Shown: positions 26,329-37,677, counted from the first letter of the whole stretch. The stretch is 63,745 bases of DNA, filler included, from Octopus bimaculoides (GCF_001194135.2; 5 parts of 5 records of this genome joined end to end with filler, not necessarily neighbours in it), one strand, 5' to 3'. The notes: generated by a model not told the origin, from the letters alone. Program-made: numbers and translations.

Positions 26329-28082
26329 CACTCACTCACACACAATCACTCACTCACACATACAGACAGACTAAACCACCTGCAAAGAATTCCTTTCAGG
26401 CTCAGTAATTTAGTAACCAACATATTACGACCACTGATCCACATAGTTTCCTCTTGATGCCACTTGCACTATTGCTACAATGGTTTCTGCTCTTTTGAAC
26501 TATCTTCGGAACTACTCTTTTCACCCAACTTCACCTATCCCTCATCATTTTTATCGTGTCTTTGAGTCAAACCCCACAATAAACACAGCAACCGTCTGAA
26601 ATTCACCCACCCCACCATCTACTTTTTTCCTCCAACTACAAATGTTTGGTCACTGATGGAGTCATTAAAAGCTATTGAATATCATTGAAAAAAAAATAAT
26701 TACATCGCCTCTAACTCTTTGTCTGTCCTGTGCATCATATGTGACACGCAGAGCATATTTCCCTCGCTTCCATACACCATATATGATACACATTCTCAAT
26801 TTTTTCAGCCTCTAGAGTAACTTAGGACTTATGAAAAGAAGCCTTTATATTAGCCAGAACGTATGAAAGAAGACTAACTTGTTTTTAAAAACAAGCATGG
26901 ACGTTTAGAAAAAAATTATGTAACTACTTTGGGCAGGCAAAGGGTTAATTATGAAAATATCAATAGGTTTCAAGAAATAGATTGTAGTACAATACTTAAA
27001 GTTTGGCTGTGAATGACAATCGACGGTTATGAAATTCAAATGCGCAATCAATGTCTGAAGCCAGGTTAAGTAACTGACGTTAGAAATATAAGGAAAGTTT
27101 TATTAATTATAAGATACAAATCTGAGAAAACCAAAATGTATCTTGTTTTATGGCAATTACAGCAAAATATATTTGAACAACAGTTTTGGATGATATATCC
27201 ATATTTTGAAATGATTTAGTCAGAGGAGGAAAGGCGACGTCTAAGACCTTCTTTAGGGCCTCCAAGCCTCATGGAAGGAAAGGAAGAAATTATCCTCACA
27301 CCGAAGATTTAGCTTGAATGCTTTCTGGCTGGCGGAGACACCTCTAAATGTACCCAAGTAAAAGTTGGAACTCTTAAACATTTGTGACAGTGAATCTACA
27401 AGCAGATCCAGGATCAATGCAAAGGAGGCACTCAACGGTCAAATGTAGAGGCAATAGATTGATTCTATCACTTGTTTATATTTAAAAAGAAAATTATTAA
27501 TTTTTTAAAAATTATGCTTAAAATAAATTATCATTTTATTTTAGATATTCTTTCAAACTCCAAATAAACTCCAGGTTCTTGCTTTCTTGTTCCTCTAAAA
27601 TGACAGACAATGTTGAAAACTGCACTTCTCTTATATATATCTCCTGATTAGATAAGCTACCGACAAACCAGTTGTGGCTGCAACTATACGTGCGATGGTG
27701 ACCTGTTGATCATCCTACTGCATATGTCTATGACAAGACCAGACTTGGGGATTATGGAAATATAACCCCCTTACCTATCAAGTATTCGGAATATGCAGCC
27801 CATGGAGTTATTGCAAAATTTGATTAAATGAGTTGAGAGATTTCTTCACTATCATCCTTAGGCCAAAACGTGTGGTTGATTTATCTTGGCTTGGTGGCAG
27901 ACACTAAAGATAGTATTGGGTGGACAAAACGGAAATATTAATCTAATCTCTCAACATTTTGAAAAGAAACTAGAGAAGTGAGCAAACATAGGGTAAAGTT
28001 GAATCTAGTAAGTTCCTATAAATATTTGACAAGACTATTTAAGTTATTTTTTTAATTACCGTTATTATTAAAAATAAGTGCT

Positions 28083-28279
28083 AAGGCGGTGAGCTGGCAG
28101 ATCGTTAGCATAGCGACATTTTGTTCGTTTATACGTTCTGAATTCAAATTTTGCCGAGGCTGACTTTGCATTTTACCATTTCGGGGTCGATAAAATAAGT
28201 ACCAGTTAAGTCCTAAGGTTGATGTAATCGACTCACCCCACCCCCGAAATTGCTGGCCTTGTACCAAAAATTTGAAACC
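28083..28279 (+). mobile_element. SINE family A copy
   Basis: ggcggtgagctggcagatcgttagca...gttctgaattcaaattttgccgagg. Confidence 0.8.
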
Positions 28280-28462
28280 GATATCTACAGGAAATGTAAG
28301 GCTGCGAACTTGCATAATCGTTACAAAATGCATATCGTCATTTTCCCACGGATCTTCAAGTTTTTAGTTCAAATGCCACCAATGTTGACTTTGTCTTTCA
28401 ACCTTTCGGAATTGCGGCTTATTATTTTTATTTTATTAAAATAAAGAAAGTCTCTAACTCAC

Positions 28463-28715
28463 CTTAAGTAAGTCGCCAAATTTTTCTTTGTCATCTGATT
28501 GACTTCCTCTTTTTGTCGGAAATATCCAGCAGATATCTAAACCATCAAAGTTATTTTTGCGAAGGAATGTAATTACGTCTTCGATGAACTTTTTTCTATT
28601 GGCTTTGCTAGAAATTACAAGGGTAAATGGAAGAGAACCCATATTCCAACCGCCGACAGCCAACATTGTTTTCAGGTTCTTATGCTTCAATTTAAAATTG
28701 TTAACTCTGGTGTAC
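28463..28715 (-). CDS. GH18 chitinase-like exon carrying the degenerate catalytic motif
   Basis: Acceptor cgaacag, 253 nt, phase 2 in and 0 out (AAG|GTGAGT). YTRVNNFKLKHKNLKTMLAVGGWNMGSLPFTLVISSKANRKKFIEDVITFLRKNNFDGLDICWIFPTKRGSQSDDKEKFGDLLK. Confidence 0.95.
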
Positions 28716-29026
28716 CTGTTCGAAATAGAATATGCGTGAAATTTCGTATCATTTCAAATAAGAATGACAATAACGATGGTTGCTTCTATAGTTAATCACC
28801 TTACTAAATATATTACAACATTTTCTAGTCTCTCGATAATAGGTTCAAATACCGTCTTGGACGATTTTGTTCTTCAGTTCTTCAATAAAATATACGCCAA
28901 TAATTCACTGGAGTCATCTCAAAACATGACATGAAGCTTGTGTTAATCAAAACTCTTGATTTTGAAGAACATATATGTTCTTCAAACAGCAACATTGTAG
29001 TTAATAATCATTATTATCATTTCATT

Positions 29027-29137
29027 TATAGACACAAGACCAGCATTTTTAGGGGAAGGGTAAGTCGATTACATCGATCCCAGTACTCAAATTATTTTAT
29101 CGACCCCGAAACCTAACGATTTTGCCAGTTCGTCGCC

Positions 29138-29202
<65 letters not shown>

Positions 29203-30304
29203 CCTTTCTACTATAGGCACAATTTGGGGGAGGGGTACAGTTGATCATATCGACCCCAGTACTCAACTAGTCCTTATTTTATCGACTCAGAGAGAATGAA
29301 AGGCAAAGTCGACCTCAGTGGAGTTTGAACTCAGAACATAGCGACAGACTAAATACCGCGGTTTCAAATCTTGCCACAAAAGTAGCAATTTTGGGAGAAG
29401 GGATAAGTCGATTACATCGACATCAGTGTTCAACTGGTATTTATTTTATCAACCCGAGAGGTTGAAAGGCAAAGTCGACTTCGATGAAATTTGAACTCAG
29501 AACGTAGCGACGGGCGAAATATCGCTAAGCATTTCGTCCAGCGTGCTAACAATTCTGCCAGCTCACTGCCTTTTATTAATAATAATTCTTTCAACTATAG
29601 GCACAAGGCCTGAAATTTTGTGGTGNNNNNNNNNNNNNNNNNNNNNNNNNNNNNNNCAAAAGTAGCAATTTTGGGAGAAGGGATAAGTCGATTACATCGA
29701 CATCAGTGTTCAACTGGTATTTATTTTATCAACCCGAGAGGTTGAAAGGCAAAGTCGACTTCGATGAAATTTGAACTCAGAACGTAGCAACAGACGAAAA
29801 ACTGCTAAGCTTCTTGCTCGGCGCGCTAACGATTCTGCCAGTTCACTGTCTTGATAATAATAATAATAATCCTTTCTACTATAGGCACAAAGCCTGGATT
29901 TTGTGGGGAGAAGAACAGTCGATCACATTGACACCAGTACTTCACTGGTACTTAATTTATCGACCCTGGAAGGATGAAAGGCAAAGTCGACCTCTGCGGA
30001 ATTTGAACTCAGAACGTAGCGACGGGTTAATACCGCTAAGCGTTTCGCTCGGCGTGCTAACAATTCTACCACCTCGCCGCCTTAACAATAATCCTTTCTA
30101 CTAAAGGCATAAGGCATAAAATTTGGTGGGAGGGGACTAGTCGATTACATCGACCCCAGTGTTTCAGTGGTAGTTAATTTATCGACCCTGCAAGGATGAA
30201 AGGCAAAATCGACCTCAGCGGAATTTGAACCCAGAATGTACAGACGGACGAAATGCCGCTAAGCATTTTGACCGGCGTGCTAACGATTCTTTCAGCTCAT
30301 TGCC

Positions 30305-30339
<35 letters not shown>

Positions 30340-30548
30340 TCAAATTTTACGATGAGGGCAGCAATTTTGGGGGAGGGGATGAGTCGGTTACATTGACCCA
30401 AGTGTTCAACTGGTACTTAATTCATCGACTCCGAAAGGATGAAAGGCAAAGTCGACTCGGCGGAATTTGAACTCAAACTGTAAGGACGGACGAAATGCCG
30501 CTAAGCATTTCGCTTGGCGTACTAAAGATTCTGCTATCTCGCCGCTTT
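29027..30548 (-). mobile_element. Head-to-tail array of about 7 SINE family A copies
   Basis: Repeated gtcgattacatcgacc-cagt...gaaaggcaaagtcgacct...aatttgaactcagaacg...ctgccagctcgcc units separated by (AAT)n tails. Confidence 0.9.
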
Positions 30549-30734
30549 AATAATAATAATAATAATTTCATTTATTTGCCACCAGGACGACGGATGAGGG
30601 GATCAATACAAAGACATAAAGTGCGGTGGATTACATATAATGGAATGATAAAATATTTAAATAAGCAACAAAATAAGCAACAAAAAGAAAGTATTACGGT
30701 ATACAATGAAAAGGAAGGGAGATATACATAGTAC

Positions 30735-32965
30735 AGAAAGACTTAAAGAAAAAAGTTAAGGAGGGCGGCGTGGTAATCATCACTACAGACCCGGCCGATA
30801 GACGAATCTGTCCCACTCGTGACAGCAGCTGTTGGACATAACCACACAAGTCAGTATGCTCGGACAGTGAAAGAGTGCGTGCAAAACGGTTTCGTCACTC
30901 TGCGCAAACCTCGGACAAGCCCGCCTGACAGCAAATCCGTGCTTGCTTGTAGAGTTTATCTCGAACCAGTAGCGTCCCCCGTTAGCACTGCCAGACCAAG
31001 GGCATTTGGAAATTATCCCTGATAGTTCCCGACCGGAAAGTCCTCCGGAACAAACTTGCCAGTTCGTTTTCGTCAATGCCCAGGGTCTCCTCGAGAACGT
31101 CATCGCACTTCCCCGCCACTAATCTTCTATAAATTTTTAAAGCGGAATATCCACCGATCCCATTGCCCGACTGGTAGAGGGCTGTGGTCGCCTGAAGATA
31201 TTCTAGGTGCCAGGTGCCAAGTCTCAGTCTTTTCTTCATCCGGGATTGCAGCTCCGTCAAGGAAACAAGCTACAGAAAGACAAGCCTCATAAATGGAGCT
31301 CACACACGCTCATCGTCCAGAAATCGTTGCAGGTAGCGTAACCCAAGAGCGTGTCTGCACATTAGGAGCCGCGGCATACCTAATCCGCCACTCAGAGGAT
31401 GCTGGCAACAGACTGACCGCCTGACCATTAGAACGCGTCCTCCCACAAGAATTCAAATAAGAGATGTTCCAGCCTGGTCAAGCAGTAACCGGGACAAAAC
31501 ACAACAGTCAGGCGATAAATGATAACGGAGGCGATACAGGCATTCGCCACCTCTACCCGACCTTCCAGGGTCAGCTTCCTCTCAGCCCATTTCTGGGTAT
31601 GGACTGGCCGCCCTGTTCACCACCTCATCCCAGTTCTTATCAACCTGGAGGTCTGGACCAAACTGGTCCGTCGGTCCAGCGTCAGACAACGCCGTCCGAT
31701 AGCATCAACTTGCCTCTCCATGAGCCCGACCGCAAACCCACCGATTTGTCGGCGCCTGCAACCGACTCATATTCCTTTAGGATGGTGCCTCCCGTCTCCA
31801 CTTCGGAAGCGTCTGATACTATGACGGTGATGTCGTCTGTGTATGCCGTCACTGTCCTTCCGTGTCCCAGTTCGAAAGGGATGCCCCCTAACTGTTNNNN
31901 NNNNNNNNNNNNNNNNNNNNNNNNNNNNNNNNNNNNNNNNNNNNNNNNNNNNNNNNNNNNNNNNNNNNNNNNNNNNNNNNNNNNNNNNNNNNNNNNNNNN
32001 NNNNNNNNNNNNNNNNNNNNNNNNNNNNNNNNNNNNNNNNNNNNNNNNNNNNNNNNNNNNNNNNNNNNNNNNNNNNNNNNNNNNNNNNNNNNNNNNNNNN
32101 NNNNNNNNNNNNNNNNNNNNNNNNNNNNNNNNNNNNNNNNNNNNNNNNNNNNNNNNNNNNNNNNNNNNNNNNNNNNNNNNNNNNNNNNNNNNNNNNNNNN
32201 NNNNNNNNNNNNNNNNNNNNNNNNNNNNNNNNNNNNNNNNNNNNNNNNNNNNNNNNNNNNNNNNNNNNNNNNNNNNNNNNNNNNNNNNNNNNNNNNNNNN
32301 NNNNNNNNNNNNNNNNNNNNNNNNNNNNNNNNNNNNNNNNNNNNNNNNNNNNNNNNNNNNNNNNNNNNNNNNNNNNNNNNNNNNNNNNNNNNNNNNNNNN
32401 NNNNNNNNNNNNNNNNNNNNNNNNNNNNNNNNNNNNNNNNNNNNNNNNNNNNNNNNNNNNNNNNNNNNNNNNNNNNNNNNNNNNNNNNNNNNNNNNNNNN
32501 NNNNNNNNNNNNNNNNNNNNNNNNNNNNNNNNNNNNNNNNNNNNNNNNNNNNNNNNNNNNNNNNNNNNNNNNNNNNNNNNNNNNNNNNNNNNNNACATAA
32601 CTTCGCGTAAGCTGCTGAGAGCCGCGGCAAGCCGTCTAGGTACGAACTAAAGTCCACTACCATCGTCGACCCATTCGCCCTCCCAAAACAGCCACACGAA
32701 GTGCTGCTGAAAAGCTGCACACATCTGCTGGGAGCCGAATAATACACGCCTGTCTCGCGCCCGATCCGTCAAAGACCTGATCATGGTTTTGTCACCATGT
32801 CGCGTCTCCATCGTTCGGGCCCGTCGAACAGCTTTAGTTCCTTCATGTTTAAGCGCACGGGCCTTAGCTCTGACAACGCAACCTTCGTGTTTCGCTTCGA
32901 AGAAATGGTCAAGGGCCATTCTCGCCGCTAACACATCGGATGCGATGCCCTTCTAATCGCCTCTT
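30735..32965 (-). mobile_element. Tx1/L1-like LINE fragment spanning a gap (in a chitinase intron)
   Basis: zf-RVT-like CPRFAQSDETVLHALFHCP near the 3' end and the ORF2 linker EGCVVRAKARALKHEG..IRSL...QQMCAAFQQHF. Locally GC-rich. Confidence 0.75.
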
Positions 32966-33782
32966 CTAATTTGCTAACTAGTTTCCCCTCTAATCTATTC
33001 CTTTCGATTGCTATAGTTTATGGAGATAACTAGGCTGTGAAAAACTTGTCTCGATGGTTTACATTTTCTAGTTTTAAACATTTGTTCGGAATACAAATAC
33101 CCTGTATTTGATTTTGTTTTCTCTCTCTTAGAACCAATAACTTAATTAATAACAGTGATGTACACCACAGTTCTATAGCGTGTTACAAGAAGTATTCTGC
33201 ACCAATACCATCATACCCAACTCTGTTCAACACATTGAACTTCATGTTGTTACATTCCTCTGTGTTTATCCAGTTCTTTGCTAGACCGATTCAATTTGCA
33301 AACAAACGACTATTTACCGAAGCAAATCATTATGAGTTTCTTTGAAGTCTACTGTTTCACGATTTCAAAAAAGTCCCAACACAATCTTCTTTCAAGAATG
33401 ATGATATTTTATCCAAGTATGCTAACCAGTTGCACTCAGACATCACATATTGTCAGAACATGGGTTAGATAAATAACAAGACTTAGGTCTATGAAGGTCT
33501 TTCCTGGAATGGCTTCTGAAGATTCACATGGTAACTTCAACTGAACACTGAAACCGATCGTAACATTCATTAAATATAGTTTTCTCCTTGCTTTTAACAC
33601 TAGTTTATGATTCACTCGGTTCTTTGCTGGGGAGTCTGGTCCAAAGAAAGCTAAGATTCTTATTCTTGGACCATATTAGTATTTTGAAAGTTTCTATAAA
33701 TACTGAGTTCTTGTTGGATTTAATTGGTTGCGTGTTTCCTATGTATTATCACAATAAAAAATATATATTATAAGTAACTCAC

Positions 33783-34078
33783 ATTCCGGTTAACCACTCG
33801 CCGTTTTCGTCATTCCATTCGTACGCAACTAATGCGTTATCGACGATGTTAGCAAATGCATAAGAAATATGTGTGCACAATGTTGGATCGATATCTTCAG
33901 GAAAGAATTTCAAAAAAATCCTCCTACACGACTTATCATCNNNNNNNNNNNNNNNNNNNNNNNNNNNNNNNNNNNNNNNNNNNNNNNNNNNNNNNNNNNN
34001 NNNNNNNNNNNNNNNNNNNNNNNNNNNNNNNCTGAGCCCAGTTTGTGTAAAAACACCAACGTCGCATCTCTGATGTGT
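33783..34078 (-). CDS. GH18 chitinase-like exon (start of mature domain), interrupted by an assembly gap
   Basis: Acceptor ttttacag at 34079. Reads TSEMRRWCFYTNWAQ up to the gap, then KFFPEDIDPTLCTHISYAFANIVDNALVAYEWNDENGEWLTG-M. Donor AT|GTGAGT at 33782 (phase 2). 33911-34031 is probably not true exon sequence. Confidence 0.88.
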
Positions 34079-34250
34079 CTGTAAAATAATACATTCATAT
34101 ATGAGTATATATATATGGAAAATAGAAGTCAAAACATGAGTATATATATATTTTTATTGATATTTAGCAGAAACAACAGAGTGACTCAAGGCTCGAGAGT
34201 TTCGTTTGATTAGTACTAATGCACGAAACTCCTGAGCCACTTTGTTGCTT

Positions 34251-34294
<44 letters not shown>

Positions 34295-34339
34295 CGCTCA
34301 AAATGCATACACATTTTAATACCTGATTATTCAATTAAT

Positions 34340-35400
34340 TTTTAACTCTTTTTAGATTTAATTCATTAAAAATAATGACGGAAACTAGGAAAGCTTTCAA
34401 CGAAGGAAATTTGTCCTAAAGTGCAACTGGAAGTTTGGACACGCAGTCGAAGTGCAAAATCAGTTTAGGAAAGAATTTCAAAAAAATCCTCCTACACGAC
34501 TTATCATCCTTCGTATTAAAGATACGTTTGAAGCAAATGGAACTGTTAAGAATATCTACATTCACACTCTTGAAGACAGGCGTCAAAGAGCAAGAAAGGG
34601 TACGAGAAACGCATTGCCAGAGCTCAAGAAAATCTGCGCAACAAGAGTCGTAAGATAGGAATTTCAGAGTCATTAAATGTCCATCATATTTTGAAGCGCC
34701 GACATTGGAATAGCTACATTTCAAAAATAATAAGAACAGTCTATGCTCTCAATGAAGAGGACTCAGATCGAAGAGTGAAGTGTTACCAGTGGTAGTGGTA
34801 AGACGTGTAGAAGATGCACCACTTTCCAACATATATTGTTTAGAATGTTGAGGTTACATTTCAATTAAATGGCTTAATTAACTGCCATAATTACACCTAC
34901 AGGGGGCCTGAGAGTCTGCTTCTTACGGTGGAACATGGTGTGGCTTGTCATCAAAAGGATTGACTCTATCATTTTATGGTATTGTGATTGGTTCCACTTA
35001 CGTGAACTTGCTGTGGTAATGTAAGAGTCTACCATAATGAGATTTTGCCAAACAGGTAGATTGGACGAAAAGGTTCAGTAGAATGTCCCCTGCGTACACT
35101 GAACCTCATGCCACTAAATTTTCTTATGGGAATATTTAAAGATAAATCTTCTGGTACAAAACCGGTAACAGTAGACAAATTGTCTGTTGCCATTGAACGA
35201 AAATGCGTGCAAATACCGAACGAAATGTTTGTTGACGTTTATGTTCCACTGCTTTACGTTATCAGCAGGGCCTGGACCAGAGCGATCATCAGTTTGAAAA
35301 CAGTCATTCATAAACAAATTAAATTCTGTTTGTAGATTCATTTAAATTTTGAAAACTGTAAATGTATTTTAATAATCACTGATTTATTGTAATTCAATGT
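34340..35400 (+). mobile_element. Tc1/mariner-superfamily remnant with DUF4817-like HTH
   Basis: KFGHAVEVQNQFRKEFQKNPPTRLIILRIKDTFEANGTV; C-terminal (PPRSPD)LMPLNFLMGIFKDK..KP. Confidence 0.75.
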
Positions 35401-35579
35401 GTGTATAAATGTTTTAGAAGAAAACAGTATCACAAAAGAGCAACAAGTCATTTTAAAAGAAATATAGTACTGGAATAATGCAGTTATCTCCACCCTGGTC
35501 CAAAATATAGCACTCATTTTTACCATCTCCTCTTCGTAAGAGAGACCAGCGCCAATGACTCTTTAAACGCTTCCAAGAC

Positions 35580-35667
35580 TGTCCTGGGGAAATTTCGAAC
35601 CTGCGTTCTCATTCCTAAGGTATTTTTCGATGATGTTGTTGTTGTTGTTATTATTATTGTTGCTATC

Positions 35668-35707
<40 letters not shown>

Positions 35708-35838
35708 TCACTGCCTGAAATCAAACTCAGAATCTTGGGGTTAGCAGCCCGCGCTCTTAACCACTACGGGCATATGGCGTAGTGGTTAAAAGCGTGGGCT
35801 ACTAACCCCGAGATTCTGAGTTCGATTCCAGGCAGTGA

Positions 35839-35880
<42 letters not shown>

Positions 35881-36057
35881 CAACAACAACAATAACAACA
35901 TCGAAAAATACCTTATACCTTAGGAATGAGAACCCAGGTTCGAACTTTCCGCAAGACACCTGATGAAGGCTGGAGGGTATATCAGCCGAAACGTTGTGTC
36001 AACAACAAACAAGATGAGGACAAATATCCGTCAAATGTAAATAATGTAAATAACGTA
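35580..36057. mobile_element. tRNA-headed, hammerhead-bearing non-autonomous element present as a head-to-head inverted duplication
   Basis: Right copy: A box TGGCGTAGTGG (35775), B box GTTCGATTC (35819), (AAT)n, body, hammerhead, (AATGTAAAT)n tail. Left copy 35580-35768 is its reverse complement, truncated just before the ribozyme core. Confidence 0.8.
35955..36000 (+). ncRNA. Minimal type I hammerhead ribozyme (PLE-type), core intact
   Basis: GACAC-CTGATGA-A-GGCTG[GAGGGTATAT]CAGCC-GAAA-CG-TT-GTGTC. Stem I 5 bp perfect, stem II 5 bp, palindromic AACGTT stem III. Confidence 0.8.
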
Positions 36058-36089
36058 TATTTATATATATGTATACTATAAGGGGAGCA

Positions 36090-36600
36090 AAAGTGTACGT
36101 ACGCCGCTATATGTATATATAAATATTTTTAAAAAATGGAACAAACACGCAATAGAGGCCAATAAAACATCCGGACAGATAGACGATACAAAAGCGGACA
36201 GGTAAAACAACAATTAGAGGGTCAGGGAAAAAAGGACGTTTCATTCGTGGCCTTCTTTCGCCAGTTAAGTTACCAGAGGTCCTTACAGTTTCGGGTCCGA
36301 AACTGTAAGGACATCTGGTAACGTGTCTCATTGTAAATGTCGCATTGTGAGAACTCTAAATTTACCTTATTGCAACCTCTTTGTTCCCCCACCTAACTGA
36401 CGTTCTCCCTTCTTGTTACCTGCCCTCTCTGTTACGTAACTTTTACCTCTCTCTATCTTTCTTCTTGCCGCTTGTCTAACTGCTCGTTTTGGCTCTTGTT
36501 GTTATTGATAGGCTAATTCTATCATACCTTTTCCTCACTTTTCCCTTTCTCATGTTGACCATCGATCAGTTCACACGCTCTTAGTTCGTATCCCAACGTA
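36090..36600. mobile_element. Probable PLE-derived repeats joined at a 54-bp palindrome
   Basis: The palindrome at 36269-36322 centres on a CCGAAAC motif. The flanks resemble the repeats at 22255-22915 and 40160-40390. Confidence 0.4.
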
Positions 36601-36775
36601 AATCTCACACATACGCACAAGCACTCACACACGTACCCACACACACACACACATACATATATATATATACATATANNNNNNNNNNNNNNNNNNNNNNNNN
36701 NNNNNNNNNNNNNNNNNNNTTAATTAATTAANNNNNNNNNNNNNNNNNNNNNNNNNNNNNNNNNNNNNNNNNNNN

Positions 36776-36817
<42 letters not shown>

Positions 36818-37086
36818 TTATAATTTATGCATTGCTGCAGTCTCTATTTTAGGCCATTATTCTGTGGAATTATTTATTTGTCTTCAGGTCACTGCTATGA
36901 TAATGGCATCCCAACCATATCAGAGTAACACAAGAACAGAAATGTTATTAAAATAAGTTAAGGCAGAAATTAGTGTGTCTATTTTTACGACTCAATGTTT
37001 CTTCATTAACCACTGTGTGTCATGGGGCAGCTGGTTGATTAATGATGTATACACACACATACCGCACAAATACACACAACACATTA

Positions 37087-37126
<40 letters not shown>

Positions 37127-37247
37127 TGTGTGAAGTCACATGGCTTAGTGGTTAGGGTGTTGCACTGATGGTTGTGAGATCTCGGTTTCAATTCCTAGGC
37201 CAGCCACACATTGTGGTCTTGAACAAAGCATTTCATTACATGTTTAT

Positions 37248-37410
37248 TTTTTTATTGCCCACAGGGGGCTAAACACGGAAGGAACAAACAAGGACAGACA
37301 AAGGGATTAAGTCGATTACATCAACCCCAGGATGAAAGGATGAAAGGCAAAGTTGACCTCGGCGGAATTTGAACTTTGAACGTCACGGCAGATGAAATAC
37401 TTCTAAGCAT
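37248..37410 (-). mobile_element. SINE family A copy, truncated by the tRNA/hammerhead element
   Basis: Homologous to 7116-7346. Confidence 0.75.
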
Positions 37411-37517
37411 TTTACATTATTTACATTATTTACATTTGACGGAAATACTCTCCAGCTTTTATCAGGTGTCTTGTGGAAATTTCGAACCTTGGTTCTCATT
37501 CCTAAGGTATTTTTCAA

Positions 37518-37586
<69 letters not shown>

Positions 37587-37677
37587 TATCATTATTATAA
37601 TTATTATTATTCAGGTCACTGCCTGGAATTGAATATAAATAATGTACATAATTCCTCATCTCTTAAATATAGAACTG
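37411..37677 (-). mobile_element. Second copy of the tRNA/hammerhead element, with the ribozyme half-deleted
   Basis: Shares caggcagtgacctgaat(aat)n, aaataccttaggaatgagaacc, agacacctgata and the (aatgtaaat)3 tail with 35835-36057. An inverted tail piece follows at 37635-37677. Confidence 0.75.

Larger units (their letters stand above)
20750..34078 (-). other. Span of traced exons of a GH18 chitinase-like gene (5' and 3' ends unresolved)
   Basis: Six exons in colinear order with GT-AG sites and matching phases (1/2, 2/0, 0/2, 2/0, 0/0, 0/0). They give CFYTNWAQ..KFFPEDIDPTLCTHISYAFA..MLAVGGW..FDGLDICWIFP..MSYDF..INIGIPFYGRSF..GFLAYYE..VPF..WIGYEN, the classic GH18 TIM-barrel plus chitin-insertion-domain motifs. 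Confidence 0.93.

Noticed and set aside
29027-30548. Regularly spaced repeats as a CRISPR-like array
   Set aside because: Units are about 200-bp SINE copies with microsatellite tails in a eukaryotic intron; there are no unique spacers or cas genes.
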